From: an uncultured Planctomycetota bacterium
GTDB lineage: Bacteria > Planctomycetota > Planctomycetia > Pirellulales > Lacipirellulaceae
NCBI GenBank assembly: GCA_963719315.1
Contig: CAVRBU010000010.1
Location: 32,001 to 96,000 of the forward strand
Length of the DNA stretch: 64,000 bases
Direction: 5' to 3'
The notes beneath the pieces were generated by a model, which searched no databases, was not told where the DNA came from, and saw only the letters and a list, made by a program, of their open reading frames with translations. How positions within the stretch are numbered: the stretch's first letter is position 1; every line of letters begins with the position of its first letter. The position numbers and the translations under genes are program-made. Positions 1 to 9,900 of this stretch are shown one piece after another.

Positions 1-1
1 C

Positions 2-2584
2 GAGACGCTTTGCATTCGACCCGCCACCAACCTCCCAACCGTTGCCGCTGCCATTACCGGCAGGGAAATCGACACTGTCGCCGTGCAGGCCGTTGAAGCC
101 GAGTGGGTCGAGGCCGCCGGCGGGGCTTTCGATCTTGTACGACTTCATTTCAATGGCTTGCGCGTCGGATAAGTTGTTCTTGAGCGTCATCGCGCCGTTG
201 CTCCGGTCAACTTGCAGGATGACGTCGCCGGGTCCGTCCAATAAGCGGAACTCGTGGCCGCCAATGTTATTGGTGGGTTGATTGGCCGAAAGCGCCGATA
301 CGGTCAGCCGCATTGCTACGTACCGTCCTGTGTGATCGCCGGAGAGCGTGTAGGGCCGCAAGACGCTATCGCGGAGGCGCGTATCGGTGGGCTGCAGTTT
401 CACGACGGCATCGGGCGTCGTAGCCGGGACCACGCCACCGAAATCGGTGTTGCTGAACCAGAGTTCGAACATGCCCACGCGGTCGGCGGTTGGATCACCG
501 CCCGATCGTTGGGCATAGGCGAACCAATTAGCGGTGATAGGCGAGCCGTAGTCGAAGAACACCGTCTTGGGGTCCGGCCCAAGCCCTTGATATTGAAGAC
601 AGTTTGCGCAATTCAAATTGGGATCGTTATAGTCCAAGATGAACATTTCGTCATTGATCGTAGTCGGGGTGTCATCCAGGAAATCGTCGTCGAACAGATG
701 CTCGGGACCACTGGTGGCAGTTTCGTTCATCTGGTCGACGGGAATCGTAATTCCGACCGGCGCCCCACCGACGTTGGTGAACGACTGAGCGTTGGCTGCG
801 GGCACGGCCAGAAGGGTTACAGTGCCAACCGCAACGGCCGCGAATAGTGTCGGCTTTCGGAAGCGTAGAATGCTTAGCCCGCCGATGATTATGCCGACCG
901 CAAGTGCCAACGACGAAGGCTCGGGCACCTGCTGATCGCCGAACAGCGCCCCCAATCCGCCCGCCGCTGCCACAAACAGATTGAAGTCTTCGAGGTCGCT
1001 ATCAAAGTCACCGTCCAAGTCGCCACCGAGATACGCGTCGACGCGGCTAGCGCCCGTGTAGTCGCCCCCATAGCCCGCGCGGAACGTGGGCCAGTCCTCG
1101 GGGCCGACGGTACCGTTGCCGGAGTAGTCGCCGAGCGGAATATCTGTGCCGACGAACTCGACGCCAACGGCGGCCGGTTGGCCATTGACTCGAGTCGCAT
1201 TCACGACGACATCTTCGAAAGTCGTGGGCAAAATCCGCCAGATATTGCCAAGGCTGTAGGAATTCCCAGCTGCGATCGTGAAGCCGTTGTTCGCGCCGCC
1301 GGGCAAATCCTCTTCCGATAATACATCGTGGGCTCCAGGCGTTGACGTCTCATTCCAGGTGTCGTCGGGGTCGGCATTGGTCGACGCGATGGATGTCCAA
1401 TTCGTGTCGTCGAGTCCACCGTTGTTCGGAGAGCTTACCTGATAACTTTTGAACGTAGTGTTCGCGCTTGCGTTGAACACGGCGGCGCCTGTCTGCCGAT
1501 TGATTCGCAACACCGCGTCGTCGGGCGCCCGCAATACGATCTCGCCGAATTGCATTGAGTCGGCGTCGCCCGCGGCCGCGTCGCGAATCGTCGGGAAAAC
1601 CATCCGATAGGAAGTGAAGGCGCCGGCCGAGTTGTTAACGGTTACTTCTGCCCCCGCGGTCAGGCGGGCCATCGGCAGGTCGAGGGTGCCGGAGTCGATC
1701 AGCGTCCAGTTTTCCGCGTTACCTTGGCTATTGTTGCCGCTGGTGACGGGATCATTTGTGCCGTAAAGTTCCCAGCTCGCCGGGTCCCGTGACGGCGAAT
1801 CGTTGGCCGTCGATATCTGGAAGCGATTCACCACCGACGAACCGAACGAGGGTGTGACGATAAATCCGGAATTCTCGCGCCCGAAGTTCAAGTACTTCGT
1901 ATTCACGCTCTGGTCGATCGCGTTGCCCGGGCCTTCAGCCGCCGGCGACCGACTATCGAAGGCGATGTGAACGGCGCGGATCGGATCAGTCGGGTCCAAA
2001 ATGTCGGTGCCCGTGCCGTCGTTGCTCTGGAAGAACGACACTTCGGCGATTTGCATCGAGTTGGCCGCAGCGGCATTTCGCACCGTCGGGTAGAGCATCT
2101 TGTAGGACGCATAAGCCGTAGCATTGGTGATCGGCACCACGGGGCCAAGCGCATTGCGGGTGAGAGGGAGTGCTAACGGCCCCGTGAGGGCGAACCCGTC
2201 AATGAGGTTCCAATTCTCCAAGAGACCGGTACTGTTGTCCGGACTGATGATCGCGTCATTGGTGCCCCACAATTGGAAGGATGCGGGATCGCGTTCATTC
2301 GCGTCGTTGGCCGTCGTCATCCGAAAGCTTTGTACGATCGTCGAACCGCCCGGTGTAACGATAAATCCGGAGCCCTCCTCGCCGAAGTTCAAGTACTTGG
2401 TTAGCGTGCCGTCGATAGCCTTGGCCGGACTTTCGGCCGCCGGATAGTTGCTGTTGGACCCTGGCGGATCGGTGTCAATCGCGATGATCGGATCGCTGGG
2501 CAAAAGGAAGTCGAAAGCATTGGAATGGCCGACAAGAAGCACCACAACAATCATCGGAGCAAGCAGAATCGCGCGATTCATCAT
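2..2584 (-). CDS. Large secreted protein, 3'-partial (runs off the window): signal peptide, two discoidin/F5-8-like domains, dockerin-like motif, internal PEP-CTERM, second signal-peptide-like segment and a second extracellular part
   Basis: Translated by hand; not in the ORF track because there is no stop before the window edge. Starts MMNRAILLAPMIVVVLLVGHSNA. Has two TKYLNFG...TANDx3RDPxSxxLxGTND repeats, GDYSGNGTVGPEDW...GDLDGDFDSDLEDF, and VPEPSSLALAVGIIIGGLSILRFRK starting at nt 928. Confidence 0.88.
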   Translation of the reverse strand, partial: MMNRAILLAPMIVVVLLVGHSNAFDFLLPSDPIIAIDTDPPGSNSNYPAAESPAKAIDGTLTKYLNFGEEGSGFIVTPGGSTIVQSFRMTTANDANERDPASFQLWGTNDAIISPDNSTGLLENWNLIDGFALTGPLALPLTRNALGPVVPITNATAYASYKMLYPTVRNAAAANSMQIAEVSFFQSNDGTGTDILDPTDPIRAVHIAFDSRSPAAEGPGNAIDQSVNTKYLNFGRENSGFIVTPSFGSSVVNRFQISTANDSPSRDPASWELYGTNDPVTSGNNSQGNAENWTLIDSGTLDLPMARLTAGAEVTVNNSAGAFTSYRMVFPTIRDAAAGDADSMQFGEIVLRAPDDAVLRINRQTGAAVFNASANTTFKSYQVSSPNNGGLDDTNWTSIASTNADPDDTWNETSTPGAHDVLSEEDLPGGANNGFTIAAGNSYSLGNIWRILPTTFEDVVVNATRVNGQPAAVGVEFVGTDIPLGDYSGNGTVGPEDWPTFRAGYGGDYTGASRVDAYLGGDLDGDFDSDLEDFNLFVAAAGGLGALFGDQQVPEPSSLALAVGIIIGGLSILRFRKPTLFAAVAVGTVTLLAVPAANAQSFTNVGGAPVGITIPVDQMNETATSGPEHLFDDDFLDDTPTTINDEMFILDYNDPNLNCANCLQYQGLGPDPKTVFFDYGSPITANWFAYAQRSGGDPTADRVGMFELWFSNTDFGGVVPATTPDAVVKLQPTDTRLRDSVLRPYTLSGDHTGRYVAMRLTVSALSANQPTNNIGGHEFRLLDGPGDVILQVDRSNGAMTLKNNLSDAQAIEMKSYKIESPAGGLDPLGFNGLHGDSVDFPAGNGSGNGWEVGGGSNAKRL
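1546..2478 (-). repeat. ~930-bp inverted paralogous segment, copy 1 (matches 8003-8922), encoding two tandem discoidin-like domains
   Basis: The reverse complement aligns colinearly with 8003-8922 and has long identical runs, e.g. TATCCGGCGGCCGAAAGTCCGGCCAAGGCTATCGACGGCACGCTAACCAAGTACTTGAACTTCGGCGAGGAGGGCTCCGGATTTATCGT. Confidence 0.93.
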
Positions 2585-2750
2585 TGAGTTTCCTATTCAA
2601 TTCTCTTTGCTTCGTGACTCGGCAACGTCACTCACTGTTGAACCAGGATGAGGTGTTCGCACTACTTGGCAAACAATTCGCCTTAATCGAGTCAAGCACG
2701 TAAACGACGAGACAAAAACGCAGATTTCATTTCTCACCGATCAATCATTT

Positions 2751-3911
2751 CTACGGAGTGCGGCGCGTGTAAACCTTTACCACACCGTCATCAGACCGGT
2801 CGCCCATCTGTCGGAACACCTCGGGATCGACGTCGTAGGCCACGAGGTTGACCGAGCCATCGCATAGCGAAAACAGGCACCCGCCGGGATGCGCGCTGCC
2901 AAACAATTCACGCGGAACCAAATCGTTGACACTGGGACCAATATCTGAAATGCTGTCCGAGTCCTTACGAGGAACATGCGTCGAAGTCCGACCGTCGTAA
3001 TAGGTGCTGCGTACTGTGTCGTCTTGGAACCCGACATACATGGCCCAATCGTCAGCCGCCCATTTCTGGTCGCCCTCATACACACCGACAGGAATCCAAC
3101 GTTCACCCAGTGCGATCGTTTTTGACAAACCATCGGTAATCTGGCGCAACTTCACGGCCGTACCGCAAAAGCTGACGCCTGAATATTGATCGAAGGTCGG
3201 CGGGAAGCCAACTTTTGGGGAGTTATATTGGTTCGGGCTAATACTTAAGCACCGACTATCGAAATCGGTTTCATCACCGACGTTAATCGCATAATCTCCT
3301 CGGGCCGCCAACTGCATCGGATACCGAGTCGCTTGGCCAGTGCCGTCGCCTGATAGGGCATCCTCGCTAGATGGCCTTGGATAGGGCCCCCCACTGCGGC
3401 GAGACGGACAATTCATGATCGCGAGCGGCGTGGCATCGCGTTTTTGCAGCAGTTGCAGGCGCGCGGCTCCGGTCGCGCCCAAGCCTAAGTCGTGCAGCGC
3501 CTGTTCTTCGATAAACGGCAGAATGCTGTACAGCCAACAACCGGGCTGCTCGGCGCCGGTACCGCGATCCGGGTCACCGGTCCAATGACCCGACCATCCG
3601 GACGATGGCAATCGACCACGGGACGATTCGTGGTTGATCATGCCCAGCGTGAGGTTCTTCAATTGGTTCGTACATTGTGCGCGGCGCGAGGCCTCGCGTG
3701 CAGCCTGCACGGCCGGAAGCAAGATCGCGACCAGGATGCCAATGATGGCAATGACCACTAGTAGCTCGACGAGGGTGAAACCCACCCTGGGCATCAGCCG
3801 CCTCCCGAGCAGCAGATTTGCACAAGTGGGAGCCCGGTCAATCGAACTCAGCATTCCGTCCATTTCTTGGCGCTTCATACCGTGTGCTTCCTCGCTCGCA
3901 TTGAATTCCAT
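2751..3911 (-). CDS. DUF1559 (prepilin-type N-terminal cleavage/methylation) protein; true start may be ATG 3794
   Basis: [63 protein letters not shown]...DGSV. Confidence 0.95.
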   Translation of the reverse strand: MEFNASEEAHGMKRQEMDGMLSSIDRAPTCANLLLGRRLMPRVGFTLVELLVVIAIIGILVAILLPAVQAAREASRRAQCTNQLKNLTLGMINHESSRGRLPSSGWSGHWTGDPDRGTGAEQPGCWLYSILPFIEEQALHDLGLGATGAARLQLLQKRDATPLAIMNCPSRRSGGPYPRPSSEDALSGDGTGQATRYPMQLAARGDYAINVGDETDFDSRCLSISPNQYNSPKVGFPPTFDQYSGVSFCGTAVKLRQITDGLSKTIALGERWIPVGVYEGDQKWAADDWAMYVGFQDDTVRSTYYDGRTSTHVPRKDSDSISDIGPSVNDLVPRELFGSAHPGGCLFSLCDGSVNLVAYDVDPEVFRQMGDRSDDGVVKVYTRRTP

Positions 3912-4610
3912 CCGCGGGCAATCGCCTCGCGCGATTCGTGAAGTATGACCATCAGCTTGATGCAGCGCCTAAGGTGTAAACCAAAGCCACAAACTCCTCG
4001 TCGACCCACGCTCAGCAACAATCAGATCCGGGACGGGCAACGTCATGGCATAATTATTCGTCACCGTCCAATCTCCAACGCAACATGCCTATTGGCATTT
4101 TCCGACTAGATTTCTCAATCGCTAGCAAATTCACCCCGTGAAACTCTCATCGCTTTGCACGAGAATTGCCGCAATTGTCGGCAAATCAATCGATTTGGAC
4201 CGTTGTGTTTTAGATTAGATTCCACCTACCCTCATCTATACACCGGGTGCCAAGAATCCGTTACGGGGAATTGGCGAAATATCTTAAATTCTTTTTGAAA
4301 ATGCTGGCGGACGTCGCGACTCATAGGGGTACCGAGCTGCCAAATTGCCGCGGGACCGCCGCCGTTAGGTTCACCCGATACACTCGTCTTCAGTCTCCGA
4401 TTGCAAGTTTCGCTAATTAACATGTAACGAATCCTGGGCGCCGCGGTGTTAATCCATGGGAGTTCCGGCGCTAGGGTCGGGGCAGGAATCGGTCCTGGTT
4501 CCAGGATCAAGCGGTAAAGATGTGGCGACTGGAGGCCAGCCGTCACGATCGTGAGTAGTATCTACCTTTGGTGCGCTCGACGCACTCTAGCCCCAAGAAT
4601 TGCAAAGAAT

Positions 4611-5147
4611 ATGGCAAATGCGGCGGATGACAGTCGCGATTTTGGGGACGAAAGTTTTGTTCGGCTGCTAACGGCCGAACAATTCAAACTCCTGCGCTAC
4701 ATTGCGATACTGCTGGGAGACCCCGAGGCGGCGAGCAACGTCTTGCAGGACACGAATTTGGTATTATGGCGGAAGGCTACGGAGTTCAAACGAGGTAGCA
4801 ATTTTTCCGCATGGGTGCGCCAGGTCGCTTATTGGGAGGTACGGGCCTATGTTCGCGATGAAAGACGGGACCGTCACGTCTTCAGCGAGGAAGTGATCGA
4901 GCAACTTGCCGCCCAAGCCGTCGAAGAGCCGTTTGACGCGGAGGTACGAGTATCGCTGCGGGATTGCCTACAGCACATCAGCAAGCCGAACCTTCGACTC
5001 TTGCAGAAACGATATGAAGAGGGACTATCGATCGCAGCACTTGCTAAGCAGTTAGGCAAGACCGATTCGGCTGTGAAAGTCGGCCTATTGCGACTTCGAA
5101 GAGCATTGTTGAAGTGCATCCGACAAAGACTTGCAGGTAGTTCTTGA
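4611..5147 (+). CDS. ECF sigma-70 factor, planctomycete/verrucomicrobial type
   Basis: Region 2 (NVLQDTNLVLWRK...GSNFSAWVRQVA) and region 4 HTH (RYEEGLSIAALAKQLGKTDSAVKVGLLRLRRAL). Confidence 0.92.
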   Translation: MANAADDSRDFGDESFVRLLTAEQFKLLRYIAILLGDPEAASNVLQDTNLVLWRKATEFKRGSNFSAWVRQVAYWEVRAYVRDERRDRHVFSEEVIEQLAAQAVEEPFDAEVRVSLRDCLQHISKPNLRLLQKRYEEGLSIAALAKQLGKTDSAVKVGLLRLRRALLKCIRQRLAGSS

Positions 5148-5224
5148 CCGTTTTTCCTATTCAGACCGCGAAAAGATTTTGCTCGGGCGTTCAGGCGATA
5201 ACCGTTTTTACGAACCTATAAGAC

Positions 5225-6803
5225 ATGATGAACCGATCGGAACAATTCGAAATTGACCGCATTGTGTCGGAGATTGCCGACGAAGGTGTGTCATCTGAGC
5301 GTACCGCGCGGCTTGATAGTCTGTTGCGCGAGCGACCGGATTTGCAGCAGCACTATTCGCGCGCGATGGTGCTACACATGCTGTTGAACTTCGAGTTCGA
5401 CCTGTCGATGCAGAAATTGCAGCCCGTGATACTTCGCACGGAGTCGCAATCGCAACGGAGCGCCTGCGCACGAAAGCGATCACTGCGCCGCCCTGTCGTC
5501 GCGAATTGGAAGTGATATTTCGAGGTTCGCCGAGAAGTTCCGTTGGCGGCGCGGACGATTGTGGCAGGTCGCTGCTACCGCCGCCGCGGTGTCGGCAGTC
5601 ATCGTCGGATACGCGGTTTGGCGGTCACCCAAACTACAGTCCCCCGTGGCGTGGTGGCCATATCGGGCGAATACGTCAGATACCGAGATAGGGCGTTCGA
5701 ATGACGATGGCAGCAAACTGCGCGATAGGTTAGTGGTCCGTGACATCCAGTCATTGCAGTTACTCAGCCGGCTGACCAAGACCAACTCGCTCACAAGCCT
5801 GCACTTGCCGAGGTGCTCTAGCGACGAGGCGCCGGGAATCACGCTGTGCAGCGGAACTGCGTGGATGGAGAAATCTTCCGCACAACGCGAGCGCGGCTAC
5901 GTCGTTGCTTTGGCGCCGGGTTGTCAGATGGATCTGTACGTCTACACGGACGCCGCCTACCAGAATGGACTGGGCGTCGTCGAACTCGACGACGATGGCC
6001 GCATGACTGGCGGTGCGCTTTCATTCAGCAATCTAGAAAAGGGCGACGCACAATCGGCGAAACGCCGAGTCGGGAGCATTGGTAATTACTCGGAGTTCAA
6101 TGATCGTTCCGAAACGAAATACTATCTGCTCACCGGGTCCCATCGATTACCGGAGCAGGCGGCAGAGGAGATGTGGCATTTAAGTGATTTCAAGGTGCAG
6201 TACGATTCGGGCGATTTGATGGTAATTGGTTGGGACGACAGCGGTTATATCGAGGGCCAACGCGATCAACTTCCGGACCGCGACTACAACAACGTCCGGG
6301 CGGTACTGCGATTTTCGCGCCCCGGTGCGAGCAAACAGCCGCCAAGTGCAGTGATCGACTACTCCCCTGATGCTGATCAAGATTTCGCACTCGCTGACGA
6401 GATCAATACTGGTTATACGCTGGACGTCAAACCTGGCGAGATGCTGGCTTTGCTGATTTCGAGTTCGGCCGAATTGCAAAACTCCGTACGAATCGTCGAC
6501 GTCCCTTCGAGGAGAATAATTTGGCAATGCGACGGATCGCCTTCCGATTCGGAGGGTACACAAGCTGCTGATCGAGGTGTTTATGTAATTCGCAATTACA
6601 GCGCCACCGTTCGGCGTTACGAGATTCAGGCGCAACACGCGCAACCGACGGAATCCGGCGGGCAACTGTGGCAGAACAACCCTTACCAAGTCGTCGAAAA
6701 CGAAGATCGGAGCGTGATCGTCGGTTTTGAGGACAGCATCTCGGTTCCCGCAAACGTCGATTGGAACGACATTCGCGTTTATGCTCGTTGGTTTTCCGAC
6801 TAA
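5225..6803 (+). CDS. Putative membrane-anchored anti-sigma factor with two DUF4114-like C-terminal motifs; split by one frameshift between 5430 and 5513
   Basis: Directly follows the ECF gene. N-terminus RLDSLLRERPDLQQHYSRAMVLHMLL is typical of planctomycete anti-sigma N-domains. TM segment WQVAATAAAVSAVIVGYAVW. Motifs GWDD...DRDYNNVR and GFED...NVDWNDIR. ORFs 5225-5515 and 5559-6803 are in different frames. Confidence 0.7.
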
Positions 6804-6975
6804 AGCCGAAGAGGTTCGCGTGCTTCGGCCACGCAAATTACACATCCCGCAGTTCTCGTCTTGGTTTACGCGATGCACATCCCGCTGCTGAGGCGACTGC
6901 GGTGGAAGCATTCTCATCACGATTCCGATTCAATTCCCGCGATCCTGTTTCACCACTCTTGAGATTCACCATAGA

Positions 6976-9900
6976 ATGCGCAAACAAACTCAGCGTCGCC
7001 GCCCGCGTGCTCTTCGTATCGAATGCCTTGAAGCTCGACAGTTGCTGGCAGGCGACACTTATCTGGTTAATTTCCAAAACGACGAAGCGAGTGTCCCTAC
7101 CCATTATTTGTCGGATACCGGCCAACTGTTCGGTGATCGGGGGAACGGTTTCAGCTACGGTTGGTCGAGCGATCACACCGATCAGGCGTTCGAGCGGAGC
7201 GCCGATCCCGACCAGCGGCTTGACACGCTGATTCGCATTGAGGCCGGCCAAAAGTGGGAGTTCGCGCTAAGCAACGGGCTGTATGAGGTAACCGTAGCTG
7301 TCGGCGACCCAGGAAATAACGACGGCGTTCAGACGATCAATGTGGAAGGCGTGAACTACTGGAGTGCTGTGCCAGACACGTCGGTTGCGCTCATGCAGAC
7401 TCAGCAGATTTCCGTCAACGACGGTCGGCTGACCATCGACTCAGGGGCGGCGGCTGATTTGGCGACGCGAATCGACTTCGTGCATATCGTTGGCCTGGCC
7501 AACAGCCCGAATGCCTCTCCCTCCGCGCCGATAATTACCGAGCCGTCGGTGGCCGGACAGGTGGTAAATCCTGCCGACGTACACATGGAAGCGATTGGCT
7601 ATTCGGACGCCGACGGCGACGCTCACAAATCCTCCGACTGGCAGATTTGGACGGTTGGCCCTGGCGCAGAGCCAGTGTGGCAAACGCTCGGTATCGAAGG
7701 CGTCCAAAAAAATCACACGCACCTCGGCGATGGCGTATTCATCAACGCGCAGGCCGGCAAGATCGAGCTTGCCGCAAACACCGACTACGAACTCCGAGTC
7801 CGCTTTCGCGACGACGCCGGTTCGGTGAGCAGCTATTCAACCCGCACGTTTCACACGGGCGCGGCCTCGACCATTTTCCCTTTGCTTATAGAAGACGTTT
7901 CGACCAATCCTGCGCCTACCTGGATCGACGTGTTTGGGACTCCTGTCGACTTGCCGACAGGCGGCATCGGAATCCTAGCACCAGGGGATAGTATTATTCC
8001 CATCGACACCGATCCGCCGGCGTCCAACAGCAATTATCCGGCGGCCGAAAGTCCGGCCAAGGCTATCGACGGCACGCTAACCAAGTACTTGAACTTCGGC
8101 GAGGAGGGCTCCGGATTTATCGTCACACCGGGCGGCTCGACGATCGTGCAGAGCTTCCGGATAACGACGGCCAACGACGCGAATGAACGTGACCCGTCCT
8201 CCTTCGAGTTGTGGGGAACCAACGACGCGATCGTCAGCGCGGACAACAGTACCGGGCTGGGGGAGAGTTGGACACTCATCGCTGCGGGAGCGTTAGCGCT
8301 CCCGACCGCCCGCAATACGCCTGGCCCCGTGGTGCCGATCACCAATGCTACGGCTTATGCGTCCTACAAGATGCTCTACCCGACGGTGCGAAACGCAGGC
8401 GCGGCCAACTCGATGCAAATCGCCGAAGTGTCGTTCTTCCAGAGCAACGACGGCACGGGCACCGACATTTTGGACCCGACCGATCCGATCCTGGCCGTCC
8501 ACATTGCTCCAAGCAGTCGGTCGCCGGCGACGGAAGGCGTCGCCAACGCGATCGATCAGAGCGTGAATACGAAGTACTTGAACTTCGGGCGCGAGAATTC
8601 CGGGTTCATCGTCACGCCTTCGTCCGGGTCTTCGGTCGTGAATCGCTTTCAGATCACGACCGCCAACGACTCGCCGTCTCGGGACCCCGCGAGCTGGGAA
8701 CTTTACGGCACGAATGATCTCATTACCAGCGGAGTCAATAGCCAAGGCAATGCGGAAAACTGGACGCTGATCGATTCGGGCGCACTCAATTTGCCGCAGG
8801 CCAGAATGACTGCCGGAGCCGAAGTGGCCGTCAACAACTCGGCTGGCGCTTTCACATCCTATCGGATGGTTTTCCCGACGATTCGCGACGCGGCCGCGGG
8901 CGACGCCGACTCAATGCAATTCGCCGACATTCAGTTCTTTAGTGACGACAGTGGTGCTACAACGCCGCCGACACTCCAGCTCGAGGCAGGCGACACGGGC
9001 GAACCGCTGCTGTTGATAGAAGGCTCTGGCCAGCCCGGCAATATTGTTACCGACTTCCCGGAGCTCCCGGAAAGTCATGCAAAGGTGCGGGTTGTAATCA
9101 CAGCGGGCTCTTCCAACGTGGTTATGAATGCGTCGGATTTGGAGTTTTCGGACGATCACGGAACGAGCCACACGGTTTATCTACCGGCCGTCAATTTGGC
9201 GGCAGGAGGGCGGCTGGATTTGTGGGTCTCAAACGCAGGCGGAACCTATTACGGCACTTCCGCGCAGACTGAGCCGGACTTTTCCTCGCTCGCTCGCCAG
9301 CCGAACCTGGATATCCCTTTCATCACCACACAGCCCGGGTATGTGGTGGAAGAAGTCGGCAGTGGATATCGGCTGCCGGTCAACATCGCCTTTGTCCCAA
9401 ACCCCGGGCCGAATCCGGACGATCCGCTGTACTACGTGACCGAGTTGTACGGCTCGATCCAAGTGGTCACTCGCGATGGTACGAAGCACGAATTCGCAAC
9501 CGGGCTCCTGGATTACAATCCCAACGGCCCCATTTCCGGCTCGGGCGAGCAAGGATTGACCGGCATCGCCATCCAGCGCGACGAGCAGAATCCCGAAATC
9601 TATCACTTGTTTGTGAGCATGCTGTGGGACAACGGATCGCCCGCCGGCGGCGCTACGCATTATCCGAAAATCGAACGGATTGACAGCGCTGCGGGCGGTT
9701 TGACGATGGCGACTCGTACCGTACTGCTGAACATGCAGCCGGAAACGCAAGGTCAGTCGCACCAGATTTCGAATGTCACGATTGGTCCGGACGGCAAGCT
9801 CTACGTACACCTCGGCGACGGCTTCGATGCGTCCACCGCTTTGAACCTCAACATGTTCCGCGGCAAGATCCTGCGGATGAATCTAGACGGCACCGCGCCA

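Noticed and set aside
1546..8922. Diversity-generating retroelement TR/VR pair
   Set aside because: Differences are not adenine-restricted, both copies are coding, and no reverse transcriptase is present.
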